Origin: Octopus sinensis
Lineage: Eukaryota
Assembly: GCF_006345805.1 (NCBI RefSeq)
Contig: NW_021832250.1
Coordinates: forward strand, 1-63,390
Length of the DNA stretch: 63,390 nt
Reading direction: 5' to 3'
Numbering within the stretch: position 1 is the first letter of the stretch; the number at the start of each line of letters is the position of its first letter. The notes under the pieces were generated by a model that searched no databases, was not told the DNA's origin, and saw nothing but the letters and a program-made list of their open reading frames with translations. The position numbers and the translations under genes are program-made. Shown here piece by piece: positions 62,236 through 63,390 of this stretch.

Positions 62236-63150
62236 ATGGACAATCATGCTGTAGACATAATCGGTCACGCTGGGAATAGCGACAGATTTTAGGGTTTCAT
62301 GTTACATGAGTGGGTTTTTCTTAAAGTTTGGCTTAGTATTTGCAGAGGATGGAGATGGTGGTGGTCGTGGTCGTGGCAGTTGTGTTGTTTTAGAATGTGC
62401 ACTTTCGTGGTAGCTGTTGTGATTAAGAATTGAGCGTCTAGTCCCTGGTAAATGAGTGAATTGGGAATCAGTATCAGTGCACAACCTCTTGCATAGTGAA
62501 TAACGGCATATTTGGGTGTTTCACGTGTAGGATGTGAGAAAGATAGATTTTAATTTCTGTATATTAGTGTTTGGCAAATTCAGTGAGGGAGTCATCAAGT
62601 AAGCATTCAGTTGGTTGATCACAAATTGGGATAGTAGTAGGCTGAAGCTGTGTCTGTTGATGTTCTGTGGTAGTTGTTGTAGATGTAATTGTTCTTATGG
62701 GGGTGATTCTTGTTGCTGTACTTGAAGACTTGGTGAGTGGGTAACAAACTCTGGTTGAATGGGCTGTCAACAGCTGGAATCTGAAACGTTGACCGTTTCA
62801 TTAGGTCGGTCATCAATTGCGGTTGAATTAAACGGTGTTAGAGGTTGAGGCTGAGTCAGTTGTTGCCGTGATGGTTGTGGTTACTGCCGTGGTGGTGGTT
62901 GTTGTTGCTGTGATGGTTGTTGTTGTTGTTGAACAGTATTTGAAGAGAAAACACGTTATTCAGATATGAATTAAAAGTAACTTGAGGTATATAAACAAAA
63001 TGGAACACACGTATACAAGATATGTGTGTTGTTACTTTCGGTCGCGACTTTTACGCGTAAGAGAATATATTCTCTATGCGCCTAGTGTTAAAAGCACCTG
63101 AAAGTAAGTCATAGTCAAGCGAGAGAACTCACATCAGGTCCTTTCTCGGA

Positions 63151-63200
63151 GCGACAGACATCGATGTTTCGTCATTGCTTTCGTTTATTACCAATGTCAC
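63151..63200 (-). ncRNA. Degenerate type I hammerhead motif inside a ~349-bp tandem-like unit
   Basis: GUGACA-UUGGUAA-..-C-GAAA-CAUCGAUG-UC^UGUCGC. Stem I has 6 bp and ACAUCGAUGU is a palindrome. The core has A6G and stem II is weak. Confidence 0.5.
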
Positions 63201-63390
63201 ATACCGAACAAGACCCGCTGCAAGCCGTATCACCGACTATGATTATATTCTAAATGTTTTTAACACCATCTGATGGCATGTCCCAACGTTTCATGTCACG
63301 GAAAAAATTCAAATATGAATTGGAAGCAGCTCGAGGTATATAAACAAACACATAACTTGTGAATGTGTAACAACACACATACCTTGTGTA

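Overview
Eukaryotic, repeat-saturated, AT- and microsatellite-rich DNA. It is most likely Octopus or another coleoid cephalopod, inferred from two abundant tRNA-derived SINE families that resemble the octopus OK/OR SINEs. I cannot support any host protein-coding gene; almost all real ORFs are retroelement remnants. These comprise four or five Penelope-like elements (PLEs; Hydra-like, Neptune-like and others), a full-length but frameshifted Tx1/L1-clade LINE, two ORF1-only Tx1/L1 derivatives, R4/Dong-, Hero- and CR1-like LINE fragments, a pogo remnant, a MITE and Helitron-like elements. The main hidden signal is RNA-level. Eight minimal type I hammerhead-ribozyme (HHR) motifs from six unrelated repeat families can be read directly, and each family has its own palindromic helix III. 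The most striking locus is 37189-43139. There a ~355-357-bp, hairpin-rich, HHR-bearing tandem repeat (retrozyme/pLTR-like, with a compensatory U3:A8 core) has received a complete Tx1 LINE with a 17-bp TSD immediately upstream of the ribozyme. The LINE is therefore bracketed by two same-sense hammerheads, defining a potential 5.67-kb self-excising, circularisable RNA that carries EN+RT. Other notable structure includes fold-back palindromes anchored on (TA)n, locally templated insertions, and SINE dimers joined by a Tx1-like 3' tail. All calls were made by eye; no searches or folding programs were run.
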